From Anaerolineales bacterium (GTDB lineage: Bacteria > Chloroflexota > Anaerolineae > Anaerolineales > UBA11579): a stretch of 64,000 nt of DNA. Shown piece by piece: positions 42,318-51,657 of the stretch. Numbering within the stretch: the first letter of the stretch is position 1; every line of letters begins with the position of its first letter. Below the pieces are notes generated by a model. That model searched no databases and was not told the origin of the DNA. It saw only the letters and a program-made list of their open reading frames with translations. The stretch is taken from positions 69,673 to 133,672 of the forward strand of contig JBBDXR010000033.1 of assembly GCA_040902205.1 (NCBI GenBank). The letters are read 5' to 3'. Both the position numbers and the translations under genes were made by a program.

Positions 42318-42761
42318 TTACTTCACGATCTGCCGGTAAGCCACATATAGATTGGCCAATCGCACCCCTGATGCAGGATCACGGCGGGCAAGCAGCGTAA
42401 TTAGATCATCCTGCTCTGCAAATAAAGCTTGCACCTCTTGCTTTTCTGCCTCTGAGAGAACTGAAGTTTGCTGGTTGTCGATCTCCGCTCGCAGAACCAT
42501 GAAAAAGTCGCTGGTCTCCTGGCGAGCAGACTCGTAATCGCCTCGTTGCGCGTCAATAGCTGCCGAAGCCAGATAACCCTTCATCTCGGCCAGCCTTAAT
42601 TGCTGCCCCAGCTCAGTCAGGCTGCGTGAGGATTCGCGGGCGCTGAGCCACATGGGAACGAAGCCGATCAGGAAGAAAACAGCCGACAGAGTAACGTAAA
42701 GGGTAATGCGTCGCGTGAATGCGCTTGACTTGATTGATTCTATTTGTTCAGTTTGACTCAT
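42318..42761 (-). CDS. hypothetical N-terminally anchored coiled-coil protein
   Basis: 147-aa ORF with TM helix ITLYVTLSAVFFLIGFVPMWL and a helical remainder. Composition is lower in GC. Confidence 0.6.
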   Translation of the reverse strand: MSQTEQIESIKSSAFTRRITLYVTLSAVFFLIGFVPMWLSARESSRSLTELGQQLRLAEMKGYLASAAIDAQRGDYESARQETSDFFMVLRAEIDNQQTSVLSEAEKQEVQALFAEQDDLITLLARRDPASGVRLANLYVAYRQIVK

Positions 42762-43020
42762 ATCTCTCCTTTGAATGGCAAGAACCGTTTGCCAAACTTA
42801 TCAGCCTAATCGATCTGTAATGCGGCGGCACACCGATACTTGGGCTGATCCCCAGGTCCCCAGACATGTGGTCGGCCCCGTATTCACCACGATCGAGCCG
42901 GCCAGGATTGAGTGGCCATCAGCTGCCCCAAGGGAAGGTGAGGTTGCACCTAGCGGGGCGGCCTTAGCCTTCCGGCCCATGCCTAATACGGTTGTCGCCT
43001 CGGCCTATCGCTCCCCGGAC

Positions 43021-43359
43021 TTACCTTTTTTCCGGTTTCAATGCAGCCGATACTCGGTCAAGTTGCTCAACCAGCGCGTCCTGTCCTTGCTGTTTTAGCT
43101 CCATTGCTTGGCCGCTTATGTCGGCCTTGATCTTCCCGGCCCTGGTCCGCACTTGTGCTAGGGCGTCTTCCACCGAGGCACTTGTTTGATCGCGAAGTTC
43201 GATCGCATTCCGTCGGATTTGCTGGCGGGTCTTTTCGCCAGATTGCGGTGCGAAGAACAGCATGGTTACAGCTCCGGCCAGACTCCCCAGCAACAGCCCA
43301 GCTAGAAAGCTAGCTGGATTTCTTGTTTCTATTTCCTCTTCACGGCTGTGTTTTTCCAT
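43021..43359 (-). CDS. YtxH-domain general stress protein
   Basis: ATG at 43359. FLAGLLLGSLAGAVTMLFFAPQSGEKTRQQIR followed by a helical repeat. The 202-aa track ORF upstream part overlaps csbD in another frame and is rejected. Confidence 0.75.
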   Translation of the reverse strand: MEKHSREEEIETRNPASFLAGLLLGSLAGAVTMLFFAPQSGEKTRQQIRRNAIELRDQTSASVEDALAQVRTRAGKIKADISGQAMELKQQGQDALVEQLDRVSAALKPEKR

Positions 43360-43423
43360 TAGTTTTCCTTTACCTAATTGGCGACTTTGTATTGATCGTT
43401 GGCCGTTTTGCCTGAGTCTGACT

Positions 43424-43624
43424 TCACTTTGCCAGCCATTTGTTGATTTCGATTTCGGCCTGAGCCTTGCTGTAACCATAGCGTTGCTGCAGAACCCCCG
43501 CGAGCTCTTCGATCTTTCCGCTAAGTTGGCCGAGGTCATCTTCTGTGATCTTGCCCCACTGCTGGCGTACTCGCCCCTTGAGTTCGTGCCACTTGCCTTG
43601 CATGACGTCTTTATTTGGTTCCAT
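43424..43624 (-). CDS. CsbD-family stress protein
   Basis: 66-aa ORF: QGKWHELKGRVRQQWGKITEDDL..GKIEELAGVLQQRYGYSK. Confidence 0.85.
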   Translation of the reverse strand: MEPNKDVMQGKWHELKGRVRQQWGKITEDDLGQLSGKIEELAGVLQQRYGYSKAQAEIEINKWLAK

Positions 43625-43721
43625 GTCATTCTCTCCTTTGTTCCACCTCGTTTGCGAATTGTGTGGGGCGGAGCGGTTTGGGAGGGACCAAACCGCTCCA
43701 GTATTGATGCATCCGCTCCGA

Positions 43722-43868
43722 TTAGACGATCTTGCGGCCCCGCAGCAGGTTAACTACAACTAGGATCAGCGCCAGCACCAACAGTAGGTGCACCAAACTC
43801 CCGCCAATGCTTCCAACCAGTCCCAACAGCCACAGCACTACGAGTATTACAACAATGGTCCACAACAT
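43722..43868 (-). CDS. lmo0937-family small membrane protein (48 aa)
   Basis: Below the track cutoff; found by hand. Translation: MLWTIVVILVVLWLLGLVGSIGGSLVHLLLVLALILVVVNLLRGRKIV. Confidence 0.6.
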   Translation of the reverse strand: MLWTIVVILVVLWLLGLVGSIGGSLVHLLLVLALILVVVNLLRGRKIV

Positions 43869-43954
43869 ACAGTCTCTCCTTACCAAAAACTTCACGCGGG
43901 TTTCTTTTATTGTCGGGGCGACATAAATTTGACTGATCGTCCCGGTTTATCTGT

Positions 43955-44362
43955 TCAGGGGGTGCGGTTTTCTTGGCTCGAGGTCTTGGTGACGGAAACC
44001 GAGTTGCCTCTAGGCCGGTAGAAGATCACCCAGATGATCCTTTCAACGGCCCAACCGATCAATGCATAGATCGCCATGGCGAAAAAGGATGAAATTTCCA
44101 GGACCATCCCGTTTGCGGCCGGAGTGGCCGTCATCCCTTCGAAGGGGAACAGAAATAGGTTGGTGAAGCCGTAGATGAAGGAGACAATGGGGCTGTCCGG
44201 ATTGGCCGCGATCAACTTGAGCAGGATGCGCAACGCGATCATCGTTTCCAGGATGCCCAAAGCAACCCAGACCAACTGAGTGATTTTGAAGCTGAAGATC
44301 CGTCGTTCCTGATCCGGTTCTCGCTGCGTAGTCTTTACTTCCGAGATTTTATTGTTAGTCAT
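43955..44362 (-). CDS. YggT-family membrane protein
   Basis: 135-aa ORF: LGILETMIALRILLKLIAANPDSPIVSFIYGFTNLFLFPFEG plus a second TM helix. Confidence 0.7.
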   Translation of the reverse strand: MTNNKISEVKTTQREPDQERRIFSFKITQLVWVALGILETMIALRILLKLIAANPDSPIVSFIYGFTNLFLFPFEGMTATPAANGMVLEISSFFAMAIYALIGWAVERIIWVIFYRPRGNSVSVTKTSSQENRTP

Positions 44363-44604
44363 TTGGCCTCTCTTCTGGTTGGCGCGGCAATTTGATCAAC
44401 ACCGCTGTTCGGGATGATGATAGGTCGTTGGCCCTTCGCTGACCATCGGCCTGTAGCTGATTTTTTAGTAGGCCGATAGAGTGATTATTTGTCAGGCTTT
44501 GTCCTACACGCAGGCTGAAGAAGGCCGCTTGAGAGTTCTTTCGCGGCAACCGGACTATATAATGTGAGTGAGGACTTAACCACGCATCACTTAGATTTCC
44601 GGAT

Positions 44605-46437
44605 ATGAAGATGAAGTTGGATCGCTCGACGCAGGTTCAGCCGACGGCCTTATCGCCGGGAAGGCCGGCTGAGGCCGGGGAGCTGCTCTTGGATGCAGTG
44701 GAATACGCCGTCCCTCTATCCACTCTTGCGCAACTGGCCGTACCCAAGTTGGCCGACTGGTGCGTTGTTCATCTGCTACAGGCTGATGGTTCGATCGTGC
44801 AAGTAGCGTTGGCTCAGGCGGCCGAGCCCACGCCGCCGGAAGCGCACAACTGGCTGCAGCATTTTCTGCCCAACGATGATGCCGATGGTTTGCCCGCCGT
44901 GCTGCGCACCGGTGAACCCAAGCTGATCACGGTTGTTCCATCGGAACTTAACGCTGCTATCGCTGCCATCAAATCCTATATGATCGTGCCGCTCATTGCC
45001 AAGCCGCAAACATTTGGCACCATCACCTTCGTGGCGGCGGAATCCGGCCGCCGCTTTGATGAGAAAGCCTTGTCTCTGGCTGAAGGCCTCGCCAACCACA
45101 TAGCCATATACCTGGATAAGGCCCGCTTGTACCGCCAAAGCCAGCAATTAAATTCAGAACTCGAAAAGCGTGTCGGCGAACGCACCGCGGAACTGCTCGA
45201 GGCCGCCGCCCAAGGAAAAAAGTCCGAAGAGCTGATCCAAACTCTATTCCGCATTAGTAAGAAGCTGAACGCCGCACTTGATGTAGAGACCATCCTCGAC
45301 GAGTTAGCCCAGGCAGCCATCCGTATTGTCAATGGAGAAAGTGGTTTTGCGGGACTGCGCACCTCCGGCGGCATGACGGTCAGCAAGTATTTCCATCGAG
45401 GTGCCGCCGTCCCCTTTGAGCATACCTGGCCGTTGGGGGAAGGCATCCCCGGGTGGGTATTGGCGTATAAGGTTCCCTACGGCACCAGCGATGCGGCTCA
45501 CGATCCCGTAATGCAGCATGAACTTGCCATCAATGCAGACGTTCGATCGATCATCTGCACGCCTATCCTGGATTCAGCCGGTGAGGTACTAGGCTATTTT
45601 GATATTCGCAATAAACAAGGTGGCGAAGGCTTCACCATTAGCGATCAGGATATGCTCATGGCCTTAGCCCCGGTCGCTTCCATCGCCATCCAAAATGCCT
45701 TGGCCTTTCAGCGCCGCCTGGTGACTGTCGCCGAACTTATGGAGTCCTCCAAGAAATTGCAGGGATTGGCCGCCAACTTGGAATTAGCGCGCGAAGAGGA
45801 GCGGATGCAAATTTCGCGCGAACTGCACGACCAGCTCGGGCAAGCCTTGACGGCGATGAAATTCGACTTGGCGCGGTTGACCGATCGACTCGCGCAAAAG
45901 GACGCAGCTCTGGCCCAAACGGCCAAGGCTATCGCCGTGCAGATGGACACCATGATCAAAACCGTGCGGCGCATCTCGACCGAATTGAGACCGGGTATGT
46001 TAGACGACCTGGGATTGGCCGCTTCAATTGAATGGCAAGCCCGCGATTTCGAGAAACGCACCGGCATTGTCTGCGCAGTGACCGTGCCGCCTGTGGATCT
46101 TCCCCTGGAGCGTAACCGCTCCGTGGCGCTTTTCCGTATCTTCCAGGAAGCGCTGACCAACGTGGTGCGCCACGCCGGCGCTCGGCATATTCGGGTTCGA
46201 TTGATCGCCCAGCCCGAAGGGTTGACGCTCCAGATTCGTGATGATGGGCGCGGCATTCAATCGCACGAGATCTCGGGGCTGCGCTCCCTGGGCTTGGTCG
46301 GCATGCGAGAACGCGCCAAGCGCATCGGCGCCGCCTTTGACATTCATGGCGTTCCGGGCGAAGGAACCACCCTCACTGTTTCGTTGCCCGTCGATCAAAC
46401 GAAGGACGCGGACCGATGGGAACAGAGTGATGCTTAG
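44605..46437 (+). CDS. tandem-GAF sensor histidine kinase (HisKA_3 type)
   Basis: 610-aa ORF, cytoplasmic. Two GAF regions. H-box EEERMQISRELHDQLGQ. ATPase boxes EALTNVVRHA and DDGRGI..LGLVGMRERA. Confidence 0.85.
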   Translation: MKMKLDRSTQVQPTALSPGRPAEAGELLLDAVEYAVPLSTLAQLAVPKLADWCVVHLLQADGSIVQVALAQAAEPTPPEAHNWLQHFLPNDDADGLPAVLRTGEPKLITVVPSELNAAIAAIKSYMIVPLIAKPQTFGTITFVAAESGRRFDEKALSLAEGLANHIAIYLDKARLYRQSQQLNSELEKRVGERTAELLEAAAQGKKSEELIQTLFRISKKLNAALDVETILDELAQAAIRIVNGESGFAGLRTSGGMTVSKYFHRGAAVPFEHTWPLGEGIPGWVLAYKVPYGTSDAAHDPVMQHELAINADVRSIICTPILDSAGEVLGYFDIRNKQGGEGFTISDQDMLMALAPVASIAIQNALAFQRRLVTVAELMESSKKLQGLAANLELAREEERMQISRELHDQLGQALTAMKFDLARLTDRLAQKDAALAQTAKAIAVQMDTMIKTVRRISTELRPGMLDDLGLAASIEWQARDFEKRTGIVCAVTVPPVDLPLERNRSVALFRIFQEALTNVVRHAGARHIRVRLIAQPEGLTLQIRDDGRGIQSHEISGLRSLGLVGMRERAKRIGAAFDIHGVPGEGTTLTVSLPVDQTKDADRWEQSDA

Positions 46438-47059
46438 AATTCTTCTGGCCGATGATCATGCGGTTGTGCGCCAGGGTGTAAAACAGATCCTGGCGGAAGC
46501 CTTTACCCAGGGCGAATTTGGCGAGGCACAAAATGCGCGCGAGCTGCTGGAGCTGGTGGGCAATGAGCACTGGGATATCATTGTTTTGGATCTGGCCATG
46601 CCGGAGGGCAACGGCTTGGAGGCATTGAAACAGATCAAGGTTCGCTATCCGCAATTGCCTGTGATGATTCTCAGTATGTTCCCAGAAGATCAATATGCTA
46701 TCCGCTGCCTGAGGGCGGGAGCCGCGGGCTATTTAAACAAGGAAAGTGCCCCCGAGGAATTGGTACAGGCTATCCGCAAGGTCCTGCAGGGCGGGCAGTA
46801 TATTAGTTCGGCGGTCGCTGATGAGCTGTTATCCCACGCCCGCCAGGAGGATGACCAGCCCCTCCACAAACACCTTTCCGATCGCGAATACCAGGTGCTG
46901 TGCCTGATCGCTTCAGGCAAAGAAGTCAAGGAGATTTCAACGGAACTGGCCCTAAGCCCCAAAACGGTCAGCACCTACCGCACCCGCTTGATGGCCAAGA
47001 TGGGTATGCGGACCAATGCCGAACTGACTCACTACGCGTTCCAGAACGGTTTGGTCTAG
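46430..47059 (+). CDS. NarL/LuxR-family response regulator
   Basis: The ATG at 46430 overlaps the kinase end by 8 nt. Motifs: ILLADDHAVVRQG, IIVLDLAMPEG, HTH LSDREYQVLCLIASGKEVKEISTELALSPKTVSTY. Confidence 0.9.
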   Translation: MLRILLADDHAVVRQGVKQILAEAFTQGEFGEAQNARELLELVGNEHWDIIVLDLAMPEGNGLEALKQIKVRYPQLPVMILSMFPEDQYAIRCLRAGAAGYLNKESAPEELVQAIRKVLQGGQYISSAVADELLSHARQEDDQPLHKHLSDREYQVLCLIASGKEVKEISTELALSPKTVSTYRTRLMAKMGMRTNAELTHYAFQNGLV

Positions 47060-47151
47060 TTGGATTCCGACGCGAGTTGCGCCGGCGAGGAGAAATAAAA
47101 GGCCCCGTTGGTGGACTTTATTCCACTGAGAAGGCTTTTTCCAGTACTTAT

Positions 47152-47229
<78 letters not shown>

Positions 47230-47391
47230 AATTGCGTGGATTGGGATTATAACGGCTTACGAGTGAGGAGTGAGCAGCGAACAGTGCGCAGGGTCCCGAT
47301 TCCTGTTAACCGCTCAGCGGATCCTTCTCCACATCCCAATACCCCGAAGCATGTTCTGTAATTTCAGCTGGTTTGGTACCGACTTAAGGAT

Positions 47392-47420
47392 GGATGCTTC
47401 GCTTTAGCTCAGCATGACAA
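47392..47420 (-). repeat. repeat family A copy (reverse orientation)
   Basis: The reverse complement reads TTGTCATGCTGAGCTAAAGCGAAGCATCCA. Confidence 0.7.
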
Positions 47421-47427
47421 CTGTAAT

Positions 47428-47490
47428 TGTAGGGGCGGGTCTAAGACCCGCCCTAAGAGACAGTGGGTGGGTCTTAGACCCACCCCTACA
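47428..47490. repeat. two repeat family B copies in inverted orientation
   Basis: TGTAGGGGCGGGTCTAAGACCCGCCC (47428-47453) and GGGTGGGTCTTAGACCCACCCCTACA (47465-47490). Confidence 0.85.
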
Positions 47491-47639
47491 GTTACCTCTG
47501 TGGAATTAACAGGGCAAGTGGGTTTTCCCTGATTACGGTTCACTGATCACTGTTCACCGCCGGGTTGGTGCGCGTTCCTAGCCTCAAATAACGTCCGGGC
47601 CCTGCGTTATAATTTTCGCCCGCAGAAAAGCAGGTGCTT

Positions 47640-48395
47640 ATGTCCGGTCACAGCAAATGGTCCACCATCAAGCGCAAGAAGGGCGCCACCGACGCCAAGC
47701 GAGGCCAGGCCTTCACGCGGCTGGCGCGCGAGATCACCATCGCCGCCAGTGAGGGCGGCGGCAACATCGACACCAACTTTGCGCTGCGCGTGGCCGTCGA
47801 GAAGGCCAAAGGCGAGAGCATGCCCGCCGCCAACATCGAGCGCGCCATCAAACGCGGCACCGGCGAGGATAAAGAAGGCGCCGCCCTGGAGCAGATAACC
47901 TACGAAGGGTTCGCCCCCCACGGCGTGGCCGTCATAATCGAATGCGCCACCGACAACCGCAACCGCACCGTCTCGGACGTGCGTCATGCCCTCACCCGCC
48001 TGGGCGGCAACCTGGGCGAGGGCGGCTCGGTCTCCTGGCAGTTCACCCGCGTGGCCTTCTTTGCCTTCCCGGCCGGCAGCCGCAGCGAGGACCAGGTCTT
48101 CGAACTGGCCATCGAGGCCGGCGCCGATGACGTTTGGTATGAAGATGGCCAGGTGGAGATCACCGGGCCTGTGGAAGCCTACAAACGCATCGGCGACGCT
48201 CTAAAGAAAGCCGGCATCCAGGTGGAAGACGCCGGCCTGCGCATGCAGCCCAAGCAGGAATTGGACCTGGCCCCCGATGAGACCCTGCAGGTGATGCGCA
48301 CCATCGAAGCCCTCGAAGAAGTGGACGGCGTGCAAGCCGTCGCCTCCAACCTCAAGATCAGCGACGCGGCCCTGGAAAAGATCGCCGCGGCCTAG
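47640..48395 (+). CDS. yebC: YebC/PmpR-family transcriptional regulator
   Basis: ATG at 47640. N-terminus MSGHSKWSTIKRKKGATDAKRGQAFTRLAREI. Confidence 0.9.
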   Translation: MSGHSKWSTIKRKKGATDAKRGQAFTRLAREITIAASEGGGNIDTNFALRVAVEKAKGESMPAANIERAIKRGTGEDKEGAALEQITYEGFAPHGVAVIIECATDNRNRTVSDVRHALTRLGGNLGEGGSVSWQFTRVAFFAFPAGSRSEDQVFELAIEAGADDVWYEDGQVEITGPVEAYKRIGDALKKAGIQVEDAGLRMQPKQELDLAPDETLQVMRTIEALEEVDGVQAVASNLKISDAALEKIAAA

Positions 48396-48398
48396 GCC

Positions 48399-48893
48399 AT
48401 GCTGGCGATCGGCATCGACCCCGGCACGGCCATCACCGGCTACGGCCTGGTGCAACGCACCCCAGCCGGGGATCTGCTCGCGGTCGATTGGGGCGTGATC
48501 CTGACGCCCTCCGAAATGCCCGCCGCCGAACGCCTCGACAGCATTTACCGCTCCCTCACGGCGCTGCTGCAAACGAAGAAGCCGGACACCGCCGCCGTGG
48601 AATCCCTCTATTTCCAGCGCAACGTGCGCACCGCCATGAGCGTGGGCCAGGCGCGCGGCGTGGTCCTGCTGGCCCTGCAGCAGGCCGGCATCCCCAGCAC
48701 GGATTACAATCCTAATGAAGTGAAGCTGGCCGTAAGCGGCTACGGGGCGGCCGATAAAGCCCAGATGCAGAGCATGGTGCGCACTTTACTGAACCTGCCT
48801 GAGCTGCCCACACCCGATGATGCCGCCGATGCGCTGGCCATTGCCATTTGCCACTTGAACACGCAGCGCACGCGGCAAATGATGGAGCCCTAA
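48399..48893 (+). CDS. ruvC: crossover junction endodeoxyribonuclease RuvC
   Basis: 164-aa ORF. Motifs: IGIDPGTAITGYG, AVESLYFQRN, PDDAADALAIAICH. Confidence 0.9.
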   Translation: MLAIGIDPGTAITGYGLVQRTPAGDLLAVDWGVILTPSEMPAAERLDSIYRSLTALLQTKKPDTAAVESLYFQRNVRTAMSVGQARGVVLLALQQAGIPSTDYNPNEVKLAVSGYGAADKAQMQSMVRTLLNLPELPTPDDAADALAIAICHLNTQRTRQMMEP

Positions 48894-48900
48894 TCGTCTC

Positions 48901-50154
48901 ATGGACGAACTAGACCTGTTTATCCGTTTCGGCGTCGCCTTGGCCATTGGCTTTTTCATTGGCCTGCAGCGCGAATTCTCACACGGCGGCGAAGGCCGCA
49001 CCATCCCGGCTGGCGAACGTACCTTCGCCTTGCTTTCGCTTAGCGGCGCCCTGGCCGCTATGGGCTCGGACCAGTTCAAGCAGCCTATTATTTTCGTCGG
49101 CTTGCTGCTGGCGGTAGGCCTGCTGATCGTGGTGGGTTATGTGTTCAAGGCCCGCAGAGAACATTTCGGTATGACCACCGAGGCGGCCATCCTGGTGACC
49201 GTGCTGTTGGGCGGCCTCTGCTATTGGAACTACGTGGGCCTGGCCGTCGCTTTGGCCGTGGCCACCACCCTGTTGCTTTCGCTCAAATTGGAAACCGACA
49301 AACTGGTGGAAGCGCTCACTCGGCAGGACATCAACGCCGCGCTGCAGTTCGCTGTGGTCAGCGCCATTGTGCTGCCCGTGTTGCCCAACCAGGCCCTGCT
49401 GCCCCCGCCCTTCGACGTGCTCAATCCCTTCAAGATCTGGCTGATGGTCGTGTTCATTTCCGGCATCAGCTTCCTCGGCTATGTGCTGATCAAGCTGATG
49501 AAGACCGAGAGCGGCATCGGGGTGACTGGCTTTCTCGGCGGTCTCGTCTCCAGCACCGCGGTCACGTTGAGCCTTTCCCGCCGCGCCGGCAAGACCGATC
49601 GCTTCGTGCGCGCCCTGGCCGTGGCTATTATCGTTGCCTGGTCTGTGATGTTCATCCGCATCGCCTTCCAGGTCGGCGTGCTCAATATGAGATTGCTCGA
49701 ATATGCCTGGCTGCCGCTGGCGGTCAGCGCGCTGTCGGGCTTTGCCTTTGCCGTCTTTCTCTTGTTTACTAAGCGCAGCGCCGGCCAGGGCAACGTTCAG
49801 TTCAGCAACCCCTTCGATATTCGCGAGGCGCTTCGCTTCGGGCTCTTGTATGCCACCATCCTGCTGGTCTCGCGTAGCGCCCAGCTTTATTTGGGCGACC
49901 AGGGCGTGCTGGTGTCCAGCTTCCTTTCGGGCCTCACCGATGTGAATGCCATCACCTTGAGCCTTGCGGAACTTTCGCGGGATGGCTTGAGTCTGCAGGT
50001 GGCCACCCAGGGTCTGGTGATCGCCGCAGTGACCAACACGGTGTTCAAGAGTCTTATCGTCTTCCGCCTGGGTTCGCCCGGCTTGCGCCGCGCCATCCTG
50101 CCCGGCGCGTTGGTGATGCTGGCCGCCGGCATCACCGCCGTGCTAATGATCTAG
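48901..50154 (+). CDS. MgtC/SapB-family N-domain plus DUF4010-type polytopic membrane protein
   Basis: 417-aa ORF. N-terminus FGVALAIGFFIGLQREFSH..AGERTFALLSLSGAL and ~10 TM helices. Confidence 0.7.
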   Translation: MDELDLFIRFGVALAIGFFIGLQREFSHGGEGRTIPAGERTFALLSLSGALAAMGSDQFKQPIIFVGLLLAVGLLIVVGYVFKARREHFGMTTEAAILVTVLLGGLCYWNYVGLAVALAVATTLLLSLKLETDKLVEALTRQDINAALQFAVVSAIVLPVLPNQALLPPPFDVLNPFKIWLMVVFISGISFLGYVLIKLMKTESGIGVTGFLGGLVSSTAVTLSLSRRAGKTDRFVRALAVAIIVAWSVMFIRIAFQVGVLNMRLLEYAWLPLAVSALSGFAFAVFLLFTKRSAGQGNVQFSNPFDIREALRFGLLYATILLVSRSAQLYLGDQGVLVSSFLSGLTDVNAITLSLAELSRDGLSLQVATQGLVIAAVTNTVFKSLIVFRLGSPGLRRAILPGALVMLAAGITAVLMI

Positions 50155-50165
50155 CCGCATCGCCA

Positions 50166-50741
50166 ATGATCTCCAGCTTAAGCGGCCGCGTAGCCCACGT
50201 CGACGAGACCAGCCTGACGCTGGAGCTCTCCGGCGTGGGCTTCAAAGTGAGCGTGCCGCGCCCCATGCTGCAGGAAGCGCATGCCGGCCAGATCCTTTCC
50301 CTGCATACCTATTTGGTGGTGCGCGAGAACGAGCTAAGCCTGTATGGCTTCGCCACCATGGAAGCCCGCAACCTGTTCGTCTTGTTGCTGGGCGTTGATC
50401 GCGTGGGGCCGAAGCTGGCCCTGAATATCTTGTCCAACCTGGCGCCGGCCGCCCTGCGCGCCGCCGTATCCGGCGGCCAGAGCTCCGTGATCAGCAAAGT
50501 GCCCGGCGTGGGCAGTAAGACGGCTCAGAAGATCCTCCTGCACCTGGCCGACCGCGTACTGCCCGCCGAAGGCGACGAGGCGGCCCTGCGCAGACAAACC
50601 AGCGACGGGGATCTGTTGGAGGCGTTGACCGGCTTGGGCTACAGCGTGGTGGAGGCGCAGGCCGCCTTGCAGTCCCTGCCCAAGGACGCGCCTGCAGATC
50701 TTGAACAACGGCTGAAACTGGCCCTGCAATATTTCAAATGA
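50166..50741 (+). CDS. ruvA: Holliday junction DNA helicase subunit RuvA
   Basis: 191-aa ORF. Motifs: MISSLSGRV, VGFKVSVP, LYGF, HhH VPGVGSKTAQKILL, C-terminal LGYSVVEAQAAL. Confidence 0.9.
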   Translation: MISSLSGRVAHVDETSLTLELSGVGFKVSVPRPMLQEAHAGQILSLHTYLVVRENELSLYGFATMEARNLFVLLLGVDRVGPKLALNILSNLAPAALRAAVSGGQSSVISKVPGVGSKTAQKILLHLADRVLPAEGDEAALRRQTSDGDLLEALTGLGYSVVEAQAALQSLPKDAPADLEQRLKLALQYFK

Positions 50742-50781
50742 ACTGCTTGCGATCCATCCTCCTGGATCGCTTATTCCCCCA

Positions 50782-51564
50782 TTACAAATCCAGCTTTTCC
50801 AGCTCCACCCCCAGGTCGATCAATTGCTCGCGCAGGTCGCCGATGCGCGCCCGGTAATCCGCCTCCATATCGGCCAGCACGTCGCGGCGTCCGGGGCGGT
50901 CGCCGCGGCTCTCGCTTTGCAATTGCATCGCCGGCGAAAGATCCAGCTCGCGGATGGTTTGTTCGACCTCGAAGATCATGGCATCCAATTGGCGCAGTTC
51001 CAGCTTGAGTCGTGCAAGTTCTGCTTCCGGGGCATTCGAAGAGCGATTACCCGCAGCCCGGCTATTGGCCAACGCTTCCAGGGCTTCCAGATCCTTGGCC
51101 TGGTAAGCCCGGTTGATCTCTGCCATCAGTTCTTCGCATTCTTCCTTGGCCTTGGCGTCCTGCGCCAAGTCGGGATGGTATTGCTTGGCTAGGCGGCGGA
51201 ACAGCTCGCGCACCTTGCGTTCGTATTGCGCATCCTTGGCTGCTGTCTTCTTCTTCTGGCGTGGGGTGTCTGGCCCCTCGGCCGCGGTTTCCGGGTGGCC
51301 TCGCCGGCCGCGGCCCCGCCAATCGCTGACCGGAGGCTTCAGGTCGGCGGTCAGTTCCTCCAGCATGCTGTGCAGGCGTTTCTGTTCATTCTCCAAGGGG
51401 CGGATGCGTTTTTCGTATAGGCTGGCGAATTCCCGGATGATAGCCTGCGTGTTGGAGAGTTCGGTCTCCAGCAGATCGAGATACTCCCGGCGGCGCGTGA
51501 CTCGGTTGCGCAGGGCGCCGAGGTCCCCATTGGCCGGAAAAGCGAGGCTCTTCTTCGTTTTCAT
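50782..51564 (-). CDS. J-domain protein flanked by coiled coils
   Basis: 260-aa ORF. Central J-domain LFRRLAKQYHPDLAQD..EELMAEINRAYQAKD with an HPD motif. Heptad-rich N- and C-terminal regions. Confidence 0.7.
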   Translation of the reverse strand: MKTKKSLAFPANGDLGALRNRVTRRREYLDLLETELSNTQAIIREFASLYEKRIRPLENEQKRLHSMLEELTADLKPPVSDWRGRGRRGHPETAAEGPDTPRQKKKTAAKDAQYERKVRELFRRLAKQYHPDLAQDAKAKEECEELMAEINRAYQAKDLEALEALANSRAAGNRSSNAPEAELARLKLELRQLDAMIFEVEQTIRELDLSPAMQLQSESRGDRPGRRDVLADMEADYRARIGDLREQLIDLGVELEKLDL

Positions 51565-51657
51565 CGATAAGAACGAACTAAAAATTATACCAATCTGCCC
51601 CCTTCAACTCCAAGCACCGAGGCTGATATGATTAAGGTTTAACCCTAAGGAGCAAAA

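Noticed and set aside
42800-42990. c-di-AMP (ydaO-type) riboswitch in the islet spacer, suggested by the GGGGACC, GGTGAATACGGGG and CCGACC strings on the minus strand.
   Set aside because: The elements occur in the wrong order relative to the ydaO consensus as I remember it. The pseudo-two-fold arrangement and the ..CAGCUAACC.CG.AAGCG 3' block are missing. It is kept only as an unclassified structured leader.
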